DNA from: Patescibacteria group bacterium
Lineage (GTDB): Bacteria; Patescibacteriota; Minisyncoccia; JAHISW01; Tagabacteraceae
Direction of reading: 5' to 3'
Length of the DNA: 64,000 nucleotides
Assembly (NCBI GenBank): GCA_042577045.1
Contig: JBHPEK010000001.1
Coordinates: 15,173-79,172, forward strand
The position numbers and the translations under genes are program-made. The notes beneath the pieces were generated by a model. The model made no database searches and was not told the origin of the DNA. It worked only from the letters and a program-made list of their open reading frames with translations. Each line of letters begins with the position of its first letter. Positions within the stretch are counted from its first letter, which is position 1. Positions 8,873 through 16,213 of the stretch are shown one piece after another.

Positions 8873-9871
8873 TTATTCCAAGCTTGGTTGGAATAGATTA
8901 TTTAGTTTTACTTTATTTTGCTTCACAGCAACTATTTCATTTCCTTCAAAATAAACCTTGAGAGCCAAACCCTCCATGGTTTCTTCCGAAAAATTTTGAT
9001 CAAAAATAAAGTTCCCCAAACTATATGCGATCAAACCCCCATTATATGCCTCCACTTCCTGAATAACATGCGGGTGGTGACCAGCAACTACCTTCGCGCC
9101 AGCATCAATGGCCAAACGTGCTAATTCTTTCTGGCGGTCGTTAGAACTTTCTTCATACTCTTCACCGAAATGAATTGAAACTATCAAAATATCTACTTGC
9201 CGAGATGCATTTTTTATAATATTTTCAAAATTTTTATCTACTAGCGTAATGCCCGATTTGTTTTCCTTAACCGCAAACCAACCAGGGCCAACATCACTAA
9301 AACCCAAAAAACCAACTCGTACACCATCTCTTTCCACAACTTTCAAAAGAGCATCTTTTTTATTCACCCCACCACCAACAGGCCAAATATCATCATTTTT
9401 TAATCTAAAGATATTTTCTTCAAAAGCTTCGCGCCCCCAATCACCAGCATGGTTGTTGGCTACAGATAAAACATCAAAACCGGCATCAATCAGCGCCCTG
9501 AGGGCGTCTGGCTTGAAACGAAACGAATATAAATTCCCCTGATCTTTCCCAGAAACAGAAACAGGTCCCTCTAAATTGGCGAAGGAAATGTCAGCATTTT
9601 TGATAAAACCAGCCTCTTTGAAAACAGACGAAAAATCTCCATCGCTATATTTGTAAACAGAATTTTCCACATCCCTACTCATCATAATATCCCCCACCAA
9701 AAGAATTTCTAAATTGTTAAGATTGGAAAGAGAGGCCGTATTTAAATTATTAAAATAAATGAAAGAGGGTGCTTGAGAAAATTTATAAACACTTCCTGAA
9801 AAATAAAAAATAGCCAGAGGCATAAGAAACCCAATAATTAATGCCGAAAATATCCAAACTATATTTTTCAT
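8873..9871 (-). CDS. CapA-family (PGA_cap metallophosphoesterase-like) protein
   Basis: GDIMMSR, FANLEGP, ANNHAGDWG and HHPH motifs. Confidence 0.75.
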   Translation of the reverse strand: MKNIVWIFSALIIGFLMPLAIFYFSGSVYKFSQAPSFIYFNNLNTASLSNLNNLEILLVGDIMMSRDVENSVYKYSDGDFSSVFKEAGFIKNADISFANLEGPVSVSGKDQGNLYSFRFKPDALRALIDAGFDVLSVANNHAGDWGREAFEENIFRLKNDDIWPVGGGVNKKDALLKVVERDGVRVGFLGFSDVGPGWFAVKENKSGITLVDKNFENIIKNASRQVDILIVSIHFGEEYEESSNDRQKELARLAIDAGAKVVAGHHPHVIQEVEAYNGGLIAYSLGNFIFDQNFSEETMEGLALKVYFEGNEIVAVKQNKVKLNNLFQPSLE

Positions 9872-9893
9872 TTTACTTGTTACTTATCACTTG

Positions 9894-10712
9894 TTACTTA
9901 TTTTTAAAAAATATCTTATTACCAAAACGAAGGTCTACGTATTCAATCTCTGCCAAACTCCTAGAAACATCTTCTTTTAGAAAAACTTCTAAATTGTCAT
10001 ATAACAATTCTAGATTATCACGACTGTCAAATATTAAATACCAGCCTTCAAATTGATCACCTTCTTTCTCAGGATAAAGCTCAAAAACCTTTTCTGGCTT
10101 TAGGTAAATTTCTGAAACCCTAAAAACATCTGCTAGTTTGTCCTTAAAATTTAAAATATCCCTAAAATCATTTTCCTCAAGAAGATTTTCTCCTATTTGA
10201 GGTTGAATAGGACGGAAGTCAACAAACCGAACAAAAACCCCAGGAGAAAAAAGTGGAGACTCTTCAAAGATATAGCCCGTCCTATCCAAAAATGAACACT
10301 CTTTATCTTCGTTCAGTTCTGTACAAATAATTGCCACCGGAACCCTTTCCTCAACAACAACATCCAGCCCCGAAAAAAATTTTCTAGAAATTCTCAAACT
10401 TTTTAATTGGGAATACTTATCCAACAGAGCAGTTTGGGTTTTGTTTGCGGGAAAAGAAAAAATTCTGTTGTTAGGAATTACGAAAAAAGTTTTAGCACTT
10501 AAGGTTTTGTTGATTATCTCACCGAGCTCTTTCTCCCAAAAAGAACTGGCGCCAGTAAAAACAACTTCTTTAATTTTAAAATTGTCTAGAAAAAAAAGAA
10601 AGAAAATTACTCCAAATAAAAAGAGAACGACAAATAACCATAACAAAAAAGCGCGAAGAAAGAGTCTTTTCCTTTTCTTGCGTTTAGCAGATGATAAAAC
10701 GTTGCGAGACAC
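9894..10712 (-). CDS. FtsQ-like (POTRA) cell-division protein
   Basis: Basic N-terminus, single TM helix, then a POTRA-like IKEVVFTG region. Confidence 0.5.
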   Translation of the reverse strand: MSRNVLSSAKRKKRKRLFLRAFLLWLFVVLFLFGVIFFLFFLDNFKIKEVVFTGASSFWEKELGEIINKTLSAKTFFVIPNNRIFSFPANKTQTALLDKYSQLKSLRISRKFFSGLDVVVEERVPVAIICTELNEDKECSFLDRTGYIFEESPLFSPGVFVRFVDFRPIQPQIGENLLEENDFRDILNFKDKLADVFRVSEIYLKPEKVFELYPEKEGDQFEGWYLIFDSRDNLELLYDNLEVFLKEDVSRSLAEIEYVDLRFGNKIFFKNK

Positions 10713-10716
10713 AATG

Positions 10717-11985
10717 TTATTTCGGAGAAATTACATCTTGACCAACATATTTCTGCAAAACCTTAGGAACAACAACAGAACCGTCCTCCTGTTGGTTGTT
10801 TTCTAAGATAGAAATTAAAATTCTCGGTGTGGCAATTACGGTGTTATTCAATGAATGAACAAAAGAAGTCTCCCCCTCTGTATCTTTGTAGCGAATATTT
10901 AATCGTCTCGTCTGAAAATCATGAAAATAAGAAGCAGAGTGTGTTTCTCCATATTGTTTCCTACTAGGTATCCAGCATTCGATGTCATACTTTTTAACCT
11001 GACCCAAACCAAGATCTCCTCCACAGTTAACAACAACCCTGTAAGGAAGCTTCAGTTCTCTAACAATTCTTTCGGAATTATTAGTAATTTCTTCATGCCA
11101 TTTTACAGATTCTTGGTGGTCGGCCTTACATAAAATAATCTGTTCAACTTTCATAAATTCATGGAGACGGTAAAGACCTTTAGTGTCTTTACCGTGGCTT
11201 CCTACTTCTCTTCGATAACAAGGAGAAAAAGCAACATATTTTTTAGGAAGATCTTCCTCAAGTAAAACTTCGTTCAGATGATAACCCATCATAGGCACCT
11301 CGGCCGTACCAGCCAAATATAAATCATCTTGAGTTTGATAAATCTCATCTTTTCCTTGAGGAAGCCATCCTGTTCCCTTGAAGCTATCTTCCCTAGTGAG
11401 AGATGGCGCAACAAAAGGCACGAAGCCATCTTTCCTCATCTCGTCCATAGAAAACTGCCAAATAGCAAAAGAAAGAAGTACTGCCTCGTTTTTTAGAAAA
11501 TAACCCCTAAATCCCGAAACTTTGGTTCCTCTTTCAAAATCAGCCAAGTCTAGGTCTTTCATTATTTCAATATGGTCTTTTGGCTCAAAATTAAAATTCG
11601 GAATTTCGCCCCATTTCTTTTCTTCTTTATTGTCTTCATCAGAGTCTCCTTCCGGAACCGAAGGGTCTGGAATATTTGGCACCTCCAACATCAACATTTG
11701 CCATTTTTCTTGAATTTCCTTTAATTCTTTTTCACTCTGTGATAGTCTGTCTTTCAAAACTTTCATCTCGTTAATAAGACTTTGCCTTTTGTCCTCGTCT
11801 TCCATTGTGGAAATTTTTTCAGTTTCCGTGTTTTGTTCGGCACGTAATTTTTCTGTTTCTTGAATTAATTTTCGGCGAACATCGTCAACTTCTAGGAGCT
11901 TCTCGACATTAAAATCTACATGCTTTTTTCGCACAGCTTCTTTGACTAAATCCTTGTGTTCACGTATAAATTTAATATCTAACAT
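10717..11985 (-). CDS. serS: seryl-tRNA synthetase
   Basis: N-terminal coiled coil plus class II core (TAEVP, FRRE-like, GETHSASYFHDFQ). Confidence 0.95.
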   Translation of the reverse strand: MLDIKFIREHKDLVKEAVRKKHVDFNVEKLLEVDDVRRKLIQETEKLRAEQNTETEKISTMEDEDKRQSLINEMKVLKDRLSQSEKELKEIQEKWQMLMLEVPNIPDPSVPEGDSDEDNKEEKKWGEIPNFNFEPKDHIEIMKDLDLADFERGTKVSGFRGYFLKNEAVLLSFAIWQFSMDEMRKDGFVPFVAPSLTREDSFKGTGWLPQGKDEIYQTQDDLYLAGTAEVPMMGYHLNEVLLEEDLPKKYVAFSPCYRREVGSHGKDTKGLYRLHEFMKVEQIILCKADHQESVKWHEEITNNSERIVRELKLPYRVVVNCGGDLGLGQVKKYDIECWIPSRKQYGETHSASYFHDFQTRRLNIRYKDTEGETSFVHSLNNTVIATPRILISILENNQQEDGSVVVPKVLQKYVGQDVISPK

Positions 11986-12012
11986 ATTATATATGGTAAC
12001 AAATCAAAAAAA

Positions 12013-12028
12013 CCCACACAAGTGTGGG
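12013..12028 (-). terminator. terminator of 12044-12472; duplicated at 13136-13151
   Basis: cccaca/tgtggg stem with a T-run on the minus strand. Confidence 0.6.
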
Positions 12029-12043
12029 TTTTTGGTTTTCTTT

Positions 12044-12472
12044 TTATGGGCAAGTGCCAAACCTTAAAGGGAAACTAACGCAATCTAACTTCCCTTCTAA
12101 ATAATTGCAAACCATCTCCTTTACATAGCTTGCTAGGGGAATGGTAATAACTGCATCGCTGGTTGGAATAAGATAGAAATGTAAAACGGTAAAATCACGT
12201 TTTGTCTCCAAAAGACAGTACGACAGTACGTTGTCTCCTGGAACCACTTCTTTTTTCATAAAAAGCATTTCCGTTTCGTTTTCAAAAATTTTACACATCC
12301 CACGACTAGTGAGAACTTCTTCTATCGTTTTTGCGGGCTTTCTAAACTGCCCGAAAAAATAAAAGAACTCTCTCTTGTCTGTTTCATCATCCGGCAAACG
12401 GACTTTGAACAAGTAAGGAACCTTTTGCGTCTCGCCTACAATCTCTGGGTCTTTCATTGCCTTAAACTTCAT
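12044..12472 (-). CDS. hypothetical protein, FPLRFGTCP-terminus family, copy 1
   Basis: GGGAGG RBS before the ATG at 12472; paralog of 13167-13592. Confidence 0.65.
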   Translation of the reverse strand: MKFKAMKDPEIVGETQKVPYLFKVRLPDDETDKREFFYFFGQFRKPAKTIEEVLTSRGMCKIFENETEMLFMKKEVVPGDNVLSYCLLETKRDFTVLHFYLIPTSDAVITIPLASYVKEMVCNYLEGKLDCVSFPLRFGTCP

Positions 12473-12980
12473 TATTTTCCTCCCTTTCTTCAAGAAGTCT
12501 TGCCTCCTTGAGTTTAATTTCTTGTTTGTAAGTTTCAATTTCAGTAACTATTTTTTCTAAACTTGCCAGGTTGTATATCCTGTCTTTCCAACTAAGATAC
12601 TCCCCCAGCCATGTTTCTAGCTCAAAAGTATCTTTAGTTGTATTGGCCACTTTAATTAGGCCTCTTAGTTTTTTAGACATTGGAAAGTTTGGTGGAGTTA
12701 GTCTTTCAATTTCACGAAGCTTTTCAAAAGCATCTTTCATTATCCTCTCAAACTTTTGTTCAGGAAATTTTTCTTTCCACTGAATTGACTGGATAAGAGA
12801 CATGTAGCTAACAAACAAAATTACCGATATCAAAAAATTAGGCATAAACGACTTCACGGTGAGTAGAACAAAAATAACAAAAAAAAGAATGCTAACTAGA
12901 ATCAATGGCAACACTGCCCCCGGAAACTTACAGTAAAAACTTGCAAACAACGTTTTATGCCAGTTCAATTCTTTCTTCAT
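12462..12980 (-). CDS. membrane protein with C-terminal coiled coil
   Basis: Two TM helices; overlaps the downstream gene by 11 nt. Confidence 0.5.
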   Translation of the reverse strand: MKKELNWHKTLFASFYCKFPGAVLPLILVSILFFVIFVLLTVKSFMPNFLISVILFVSYMSLIQSIQWKEKFPEQKFERIMKDAFEKLREIERLTPPNFPMSKKLRGLIKVANTTKDTFELETWLGEYLSWKDRIYNLASLEKIVTEIETYKQEIKLKEARLLEEREENNEV

Positions 12981-13030
12981 CCTTGTACCCCCTTATACCC
13001 CTTTTTTCAATTAACTAACAATCTCCCGAC

Positions 13031-13059
13031 ATACTACCAGTCTTAGAGTATTTTGTCAA
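13031..13059 (-). promoter_or_regulatory. sigma70-like promoter (TTGACA-17-TAGTAT)
   Basis: Reverse complement reads TTGACAaaatactctaagactggTAGTAT. Confidence 0.5.
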
Positions 13060-13070
13060 CATATGTTTTT

Positions 13071-13095
13071 TCCATCGACATCCGATGTCGATGGA
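13071..13095. repeat. TCSGA-centred element, class A, perfect
   Basis: tccatcgacatc-c-gatgtcgatgga. Confidence 0.9.
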
Positions 13096-13135
13096 AATCT
13101 AAAAACTATCGGAAGAACAGTAAGCAATAAAAAAA

Positions 13136-13151
13136 CCCACACAAGTGTGGG
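13136..13151 (-). terminator. terminator of 13167-13592 (copy of 12013-12028)
   Basis: Identical cccacacaagtgtggg hairpin and flanks. Confidence 0.6.
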
Positions 13152-13166
13152 TTTTTGGTTTTCTTT

Positions 13167-13592
13167 TTACGGGCAAGTGCCAAATCTTAAAGGAAATTGA
13201 TGGCAGTCTAACTCTTCATCTAAGTGACTACAAACTGTACTCTGCACAAGATTTGCCAAATCACGTGTAATACAAGCGCCTCTCAACGGAATGAGATAGA
13301 AATGTGCCGTGGTAGACAGTTCTCCATTTTTTGCTTCCAAAAGACAAACCAACAAAACATTGTCTCCTGGTGTTTTCTCTTTTCTCATAAAAAGAATGTA
13401 ATCATCTTTTGAGAGGACTTTTCCTCCTCTCCGCTCAGCAATGATTCTGGCGACGGTTTCTGCATTTTCTGCAAACTGACCAAAAAAATAGAAAAGCTCT
13501 CTGGGATTATCTCCGACACACACCTTAAATAAATACGGATCCACCTCTCTTAGTATCTCTGGATTCTTCATTGCCTCTACGTTTGTTTCCAT
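13167..13592 (-). CDS. hypothetical protein, FPLRFGTCP-terminus family, copy 2
   Basis: GGGAGG RBS before the ATG at 13592; shares LFYFFGQF, PGDNVL, HFYLIP and FPLRFGTCP with copy 1. Confidence 0.65.
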   Translation of the reverse strand: METNVEAMKNPEILREVDPYLFKVCVGDNPRELFYFFGQFAENAETVARIIAERRGGKVLSKDDYILFMRKEKTPGDNVLLVCLLEAKNGELSTTAHFYLIPLRGACITRDLANLVQSTVCSHLDEELDCHQFPLRFGTCP

Positions 13593-13740
13593 TATTCCTC
13601 CCTCGGCCGTAGCCCGTCCTATGGGCGAGGCCCTCTTCAAAGTTATTTTCAAATATCAACTTGTAAGTAGATTGCCAGTTTCAAGTGATTTTGTCAACCA
13701 CAATTGAGTTGTCTCGATAATAAACATCGAGACTTGTTTA

Positions 13741-13767
13741 ATCCATCGACATCCGATGTCGATGGAT
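13741..13767. repeat. TCSGA-centred element, class A, perfect 27 nt
   Basis: atccatcgacatc-c-gatgtcgatggat, 12 nt downstream of the RAYT-1 stop. Confidence 0.9.
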
Positions 13768-13779
13768 CGATAAAAGCTA

Positions 13780-14493
13780 CTAATCTAAAACGATATCTCT
13801 TATCTTTTCTAAATCAATTTCAGACCACTCTCTCAAAAACTTCTCGTAGTCTTTCTTTCCCCTAAACTGATCTGTGATTATTTCTGTTCCGGATAAAATT
13901 AAATCTTCAAAATCGTCTTGTAGATAACTTTTCAAACTAGACCATGGGTATTTAATAAGTTCTTTCTTTTTTAAATTCCAACTTTTTAAATTCCCCCCTC
14001 TCCAGTCTTTGCTGTCAATAAAATCTAATGGGTTAAGATGGATATACAAAGAAAGATGAAGAAGATAATTATTTGAATCAATATGTTTTGCTTTAAAATT
14101 ACTTTCAAAAAGAGAACCTTTCCGTTCTTGTTTGGTGTTTATATATTTTGCAATTGAAATATTACTCTTACGAAGAAAAGTACTTATTCCACCCTCCGTT
14201 AATTCTTTTACCAAAAGGTGATAGTGATTCGGCATAATTGAATAAGCAACGACATCAACAAGTTTATCACCTCTCCATGCTATATCTACTGCTTTTCTTA
14301 AGCTTACATTTTTGTAATTTCTTAAATAATCAAACGCCTTACTTGATTCTGTTGAATTTGCCAACAAAAAACATTGAGTAAGTTTATTTGCATTCTCATA
14401 GTTCTCAAATTCCGGAATATTTAATATTGTTCTGCTGTAAACGTGATAATATTCTCCTGAAACAAATTGGTCTTTTCTTATCATAATATTCAT
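13780..14493 (-). CDS. HUH/Y1 tyrosine transposase, IS200/REP-associated (RAYT-like), copy 1
   Basis: MPNHYHLLV (HUH) and LYIHLNP (catalytic Tyr) about 60 aa apart. The longer ORF to 14607 only translates the upstream hairpin. Confidence 0.8.
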   Translation of the reverse strand: MNIMIRKDQFVSGEYYHVYSRTILNIPEFENYENANKLTQCFLLANSTESSKAFDYLRNYKNVSLRKAVDIAWRGDKLVDVVAYSIMPNHYHLLVKELTEGGISTFLRKSNISIAKYINTKQERKGSLFESNFKAKHIDSNNYLLHLSLYIHLNPLDFIDSKDWRGGNLKSWNLKKKELIKYPWSSLKSYLQDDFEDLILSGTEIITDQFRGKKDYEKFLREWSEIDLEKIRDIVLD

Positions 14494-14503
14494 AAGTCTA
14501 TCA

Positions 14504-14526
14504 CCATCGACATCGGAAGTCGATGG
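14504..14526. repeat. TCSGA-centred element, class A with a hybrid inner arm
   Basis: ccatcgacaTCGGAagtcgatgg; exact reverse complement of 15046-15068. Confidence 0.9.
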
Positions 14527-14621
14527 ATAAAGCTTGACTTGTTTAACGACTCGTGATAGAAATTGGTGGAATGAGTTTTTGACAATAAAATATAAAATGT
14601 AGAACAAGGAAAGGAGGCAAA

Positions 14622-15002
14622 ATGACAGAAATAAAGAAGATTTCCCGAGAAAATTGGGAAAGTTCTAGAGATAAGTGGGTTAAGATAGTTGAAAAAACAA
14701 AAAATCGTGAAAGATTTGTTCATCAACATGGTTTTCCCTATCTCCGAGCAAGTGGCAAATGCGGATATTGTTTTAATGTTTTTAGTTATTGCAAAAGTTG
14801 CCATCTTAACAAAACAAAAGTGGGAATAAGAAGTATTTGTGGTGATGTCTATTGGGGTGTTCCGAAGACTATTTTTTGGAAATACGTCAACGAAATGAGG
14901 AAATCGATCGAAGATCCCAATTCTGTTAATTGGGATACGGCAACGAAGTGGGCTCAGCAAATACTAGATGCGATTCTAGCAGACGAGCCCGAAAAAGAAT
15001 AA
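14622..15002 (+). CDS. Cys-rich small protein, paralog C
   Basis: GGAAAGGAGG RBS; MTEIKKISRENWES...; CGYC...CKSC...C; divergent from RAYT-1. Confidence 0.7.
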   Translation: MTEIKKISRENWESSRDKWVKIVEKTKNRERFVHQHGFPYLRASGKCGYCFNVFSYCKSCHLNKTKVGIRSICGDVYWGVPKTIFWKYVNEMRKSIEDPNSVNWDTATKWAQQILDAILADEPEKE

Positions 15003-15011
15003 AAACAAAAA

Positions 15012-15028
15012 CCCCGACGATGTCGGGG
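15012..15028 (+). terminator. terminator of paralog C
   Basis: ccccgac-gat-gtcgggg plus a T-run. Confidence 0.7.
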
Positions 15029-15045
15029 CTTTTTAATTTTTACCG

Positions 15046-15068
15046 CCATCGACTTCCGATGTCGATGG
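15046..15068. repeat. TCSGA-centred element, class A hybrid (inverted copy of 14504-14526)
   Basis: ccatcgactTCCGAtgtcgatgg. Confidence 0.9.
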
Positions 15069-15117
15069 AAATGGAAATAAATCCTCCGATATTTTTTGGG
15101 GGATTTTAGTTTTTGTT

Positions 15118-15145
15118 TTGACAAAAAATAATCTTAATCTAGAAT
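15118..15145 (+). promoter_or_regulatory. promoter TTGACA-16-TAGAAT, 7 nt before the dprA ATG (leaderless-type)
   Basis: ttgacaaaaaataatcttaatctagaat. Confidence 0.55.
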
Positions 15146-15152
15146 TAAGGTT

Positions 15153-16208
15153 ATGTCGAACGAACACATCTATGCCAATGCCTTAAATCAAAGTTTGCAT
15201 ATTGGCGCAGTGGGACTGGAAAAAATCAAAAAATATTTTGGTAGTTTTGAAAACGGATGGAAAGCATCTTTGAATGAACTTAAAAAAATTACTGGCGCGC
15301 ATAAATTAACTGAATTTAGAAATAATATTGACCCAAAAAAAGAATTTGAAACGTTAGAAAAAGAGGGTGTAAAAATTTTACTAAAAGAAGAATTCCCAGA
15401 AAAGCTAAGAGAAGTTTTTACTTCACCAGAAATTTTGTATATAAAAGGGAATTTACCAAAAGAATCCACCATTCATTTAACAATCGTTGGCCCTCGTAAA
15501 TTCTCAAACTATGGCAAAGAGGCATGTGAAAGAATAATCAGTGACTTGAAAGACCACAATATAGTAATAGTGAGTGGTTTAGCGCTTGGTATTGACGCCA
15601 TCGCCCACAGATCTGCCTTAGAAAACAAAATGCAAACTATTGCCGTCTTGGGAAACGGACTTAGTGACCAGGCGATGTATCCACAAGCAAACCTTAAACT
15701 ATCTAAAGAAATTGTTGCCCAGAACGGCTGTCTTGTTTCTGAATACGCCATGAACATGAAGGCTGCTCAATTTACATTTCCCCAAAGAAACAGAATTGCT
15801 GCCGGCTTGTCTCAAGGGACGTTGGTGATAGAGGCTGCCGAGAGAAGTGGCTCTCTGATCACGGCATTTTTGGCTTTAGAAAACAACCGAGAAGTATTTG
15901 CTATTCCCGGAGAGATTTTTGGAATAAACTCTAAGGGTACCAATAATTTATTAAAAATAGGCGCACTACCAGTTACCGAAGCTGGTGACATTCTTAAGGC
16001 CTTTGGAATAGATATTGATGAAGAAAAAGAAATAACAAACTTGACAATAGAAGAGAAAAGAATTATATCTGTACTTTACGAGCCATTAAACCGCGACGAA
16101 TTAATTAGAAAACTAAAAATGTCACCAGTGGAAATTAACCCTCAATTAATACAAATGGAAATAAAAGGTATTATAAAAGAAATCAATGGTAAAATATATA
16201 AGATTTAA
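15153..16208 (+). CDS. dprA: DNA processing protein DprA/Smf
   Basis: Rossmann-like core GLALGIDAIAHRSAL, PQRNRIAAGLS, plus a C-terminal winged helix. Confidence 0.9.
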   Translation: MSNEHIYANALNQSLHIGAVGLEKIKKYFGSFENGWKASLNELKKITGAHKLTEFRNNIDPKKEFETLEKEGVKILLKEEFPEKLREVFTSPEILYIKGNLPKESTIHLTIVGPRKFSNYGKEACERIISDLKDHNIVIVSGLALGIDAIAHRSALENKMQTIAVLGNGLSDQAMYPQANLKLSKEIVAQNGCLVSEYAMNMKAAQFTFPQRNRIAAGLSQGTLVIEAAERSGSLITAFLALENNREVFAIPGEIFGINSKGTNNLLKIGALPVTEAGDILKAFGIDIDEEKEITNLTIEEKRIISVLYEPLNRDELIRKLKMSPVEINPQLIQMEIKGIIKEINGKIYKI

Positions 16209-16213
16209 GAATT

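Larger units (their letters stand above)
13741..14526 (-). mobile_element. IS200/RAYT-like unit: class A hairpin - Y1 transposase gene - class A hairpin
   Basis: Hairpins within about 12 nt of both gene ends, in opposite centre orientation. Confidence 0.6.
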
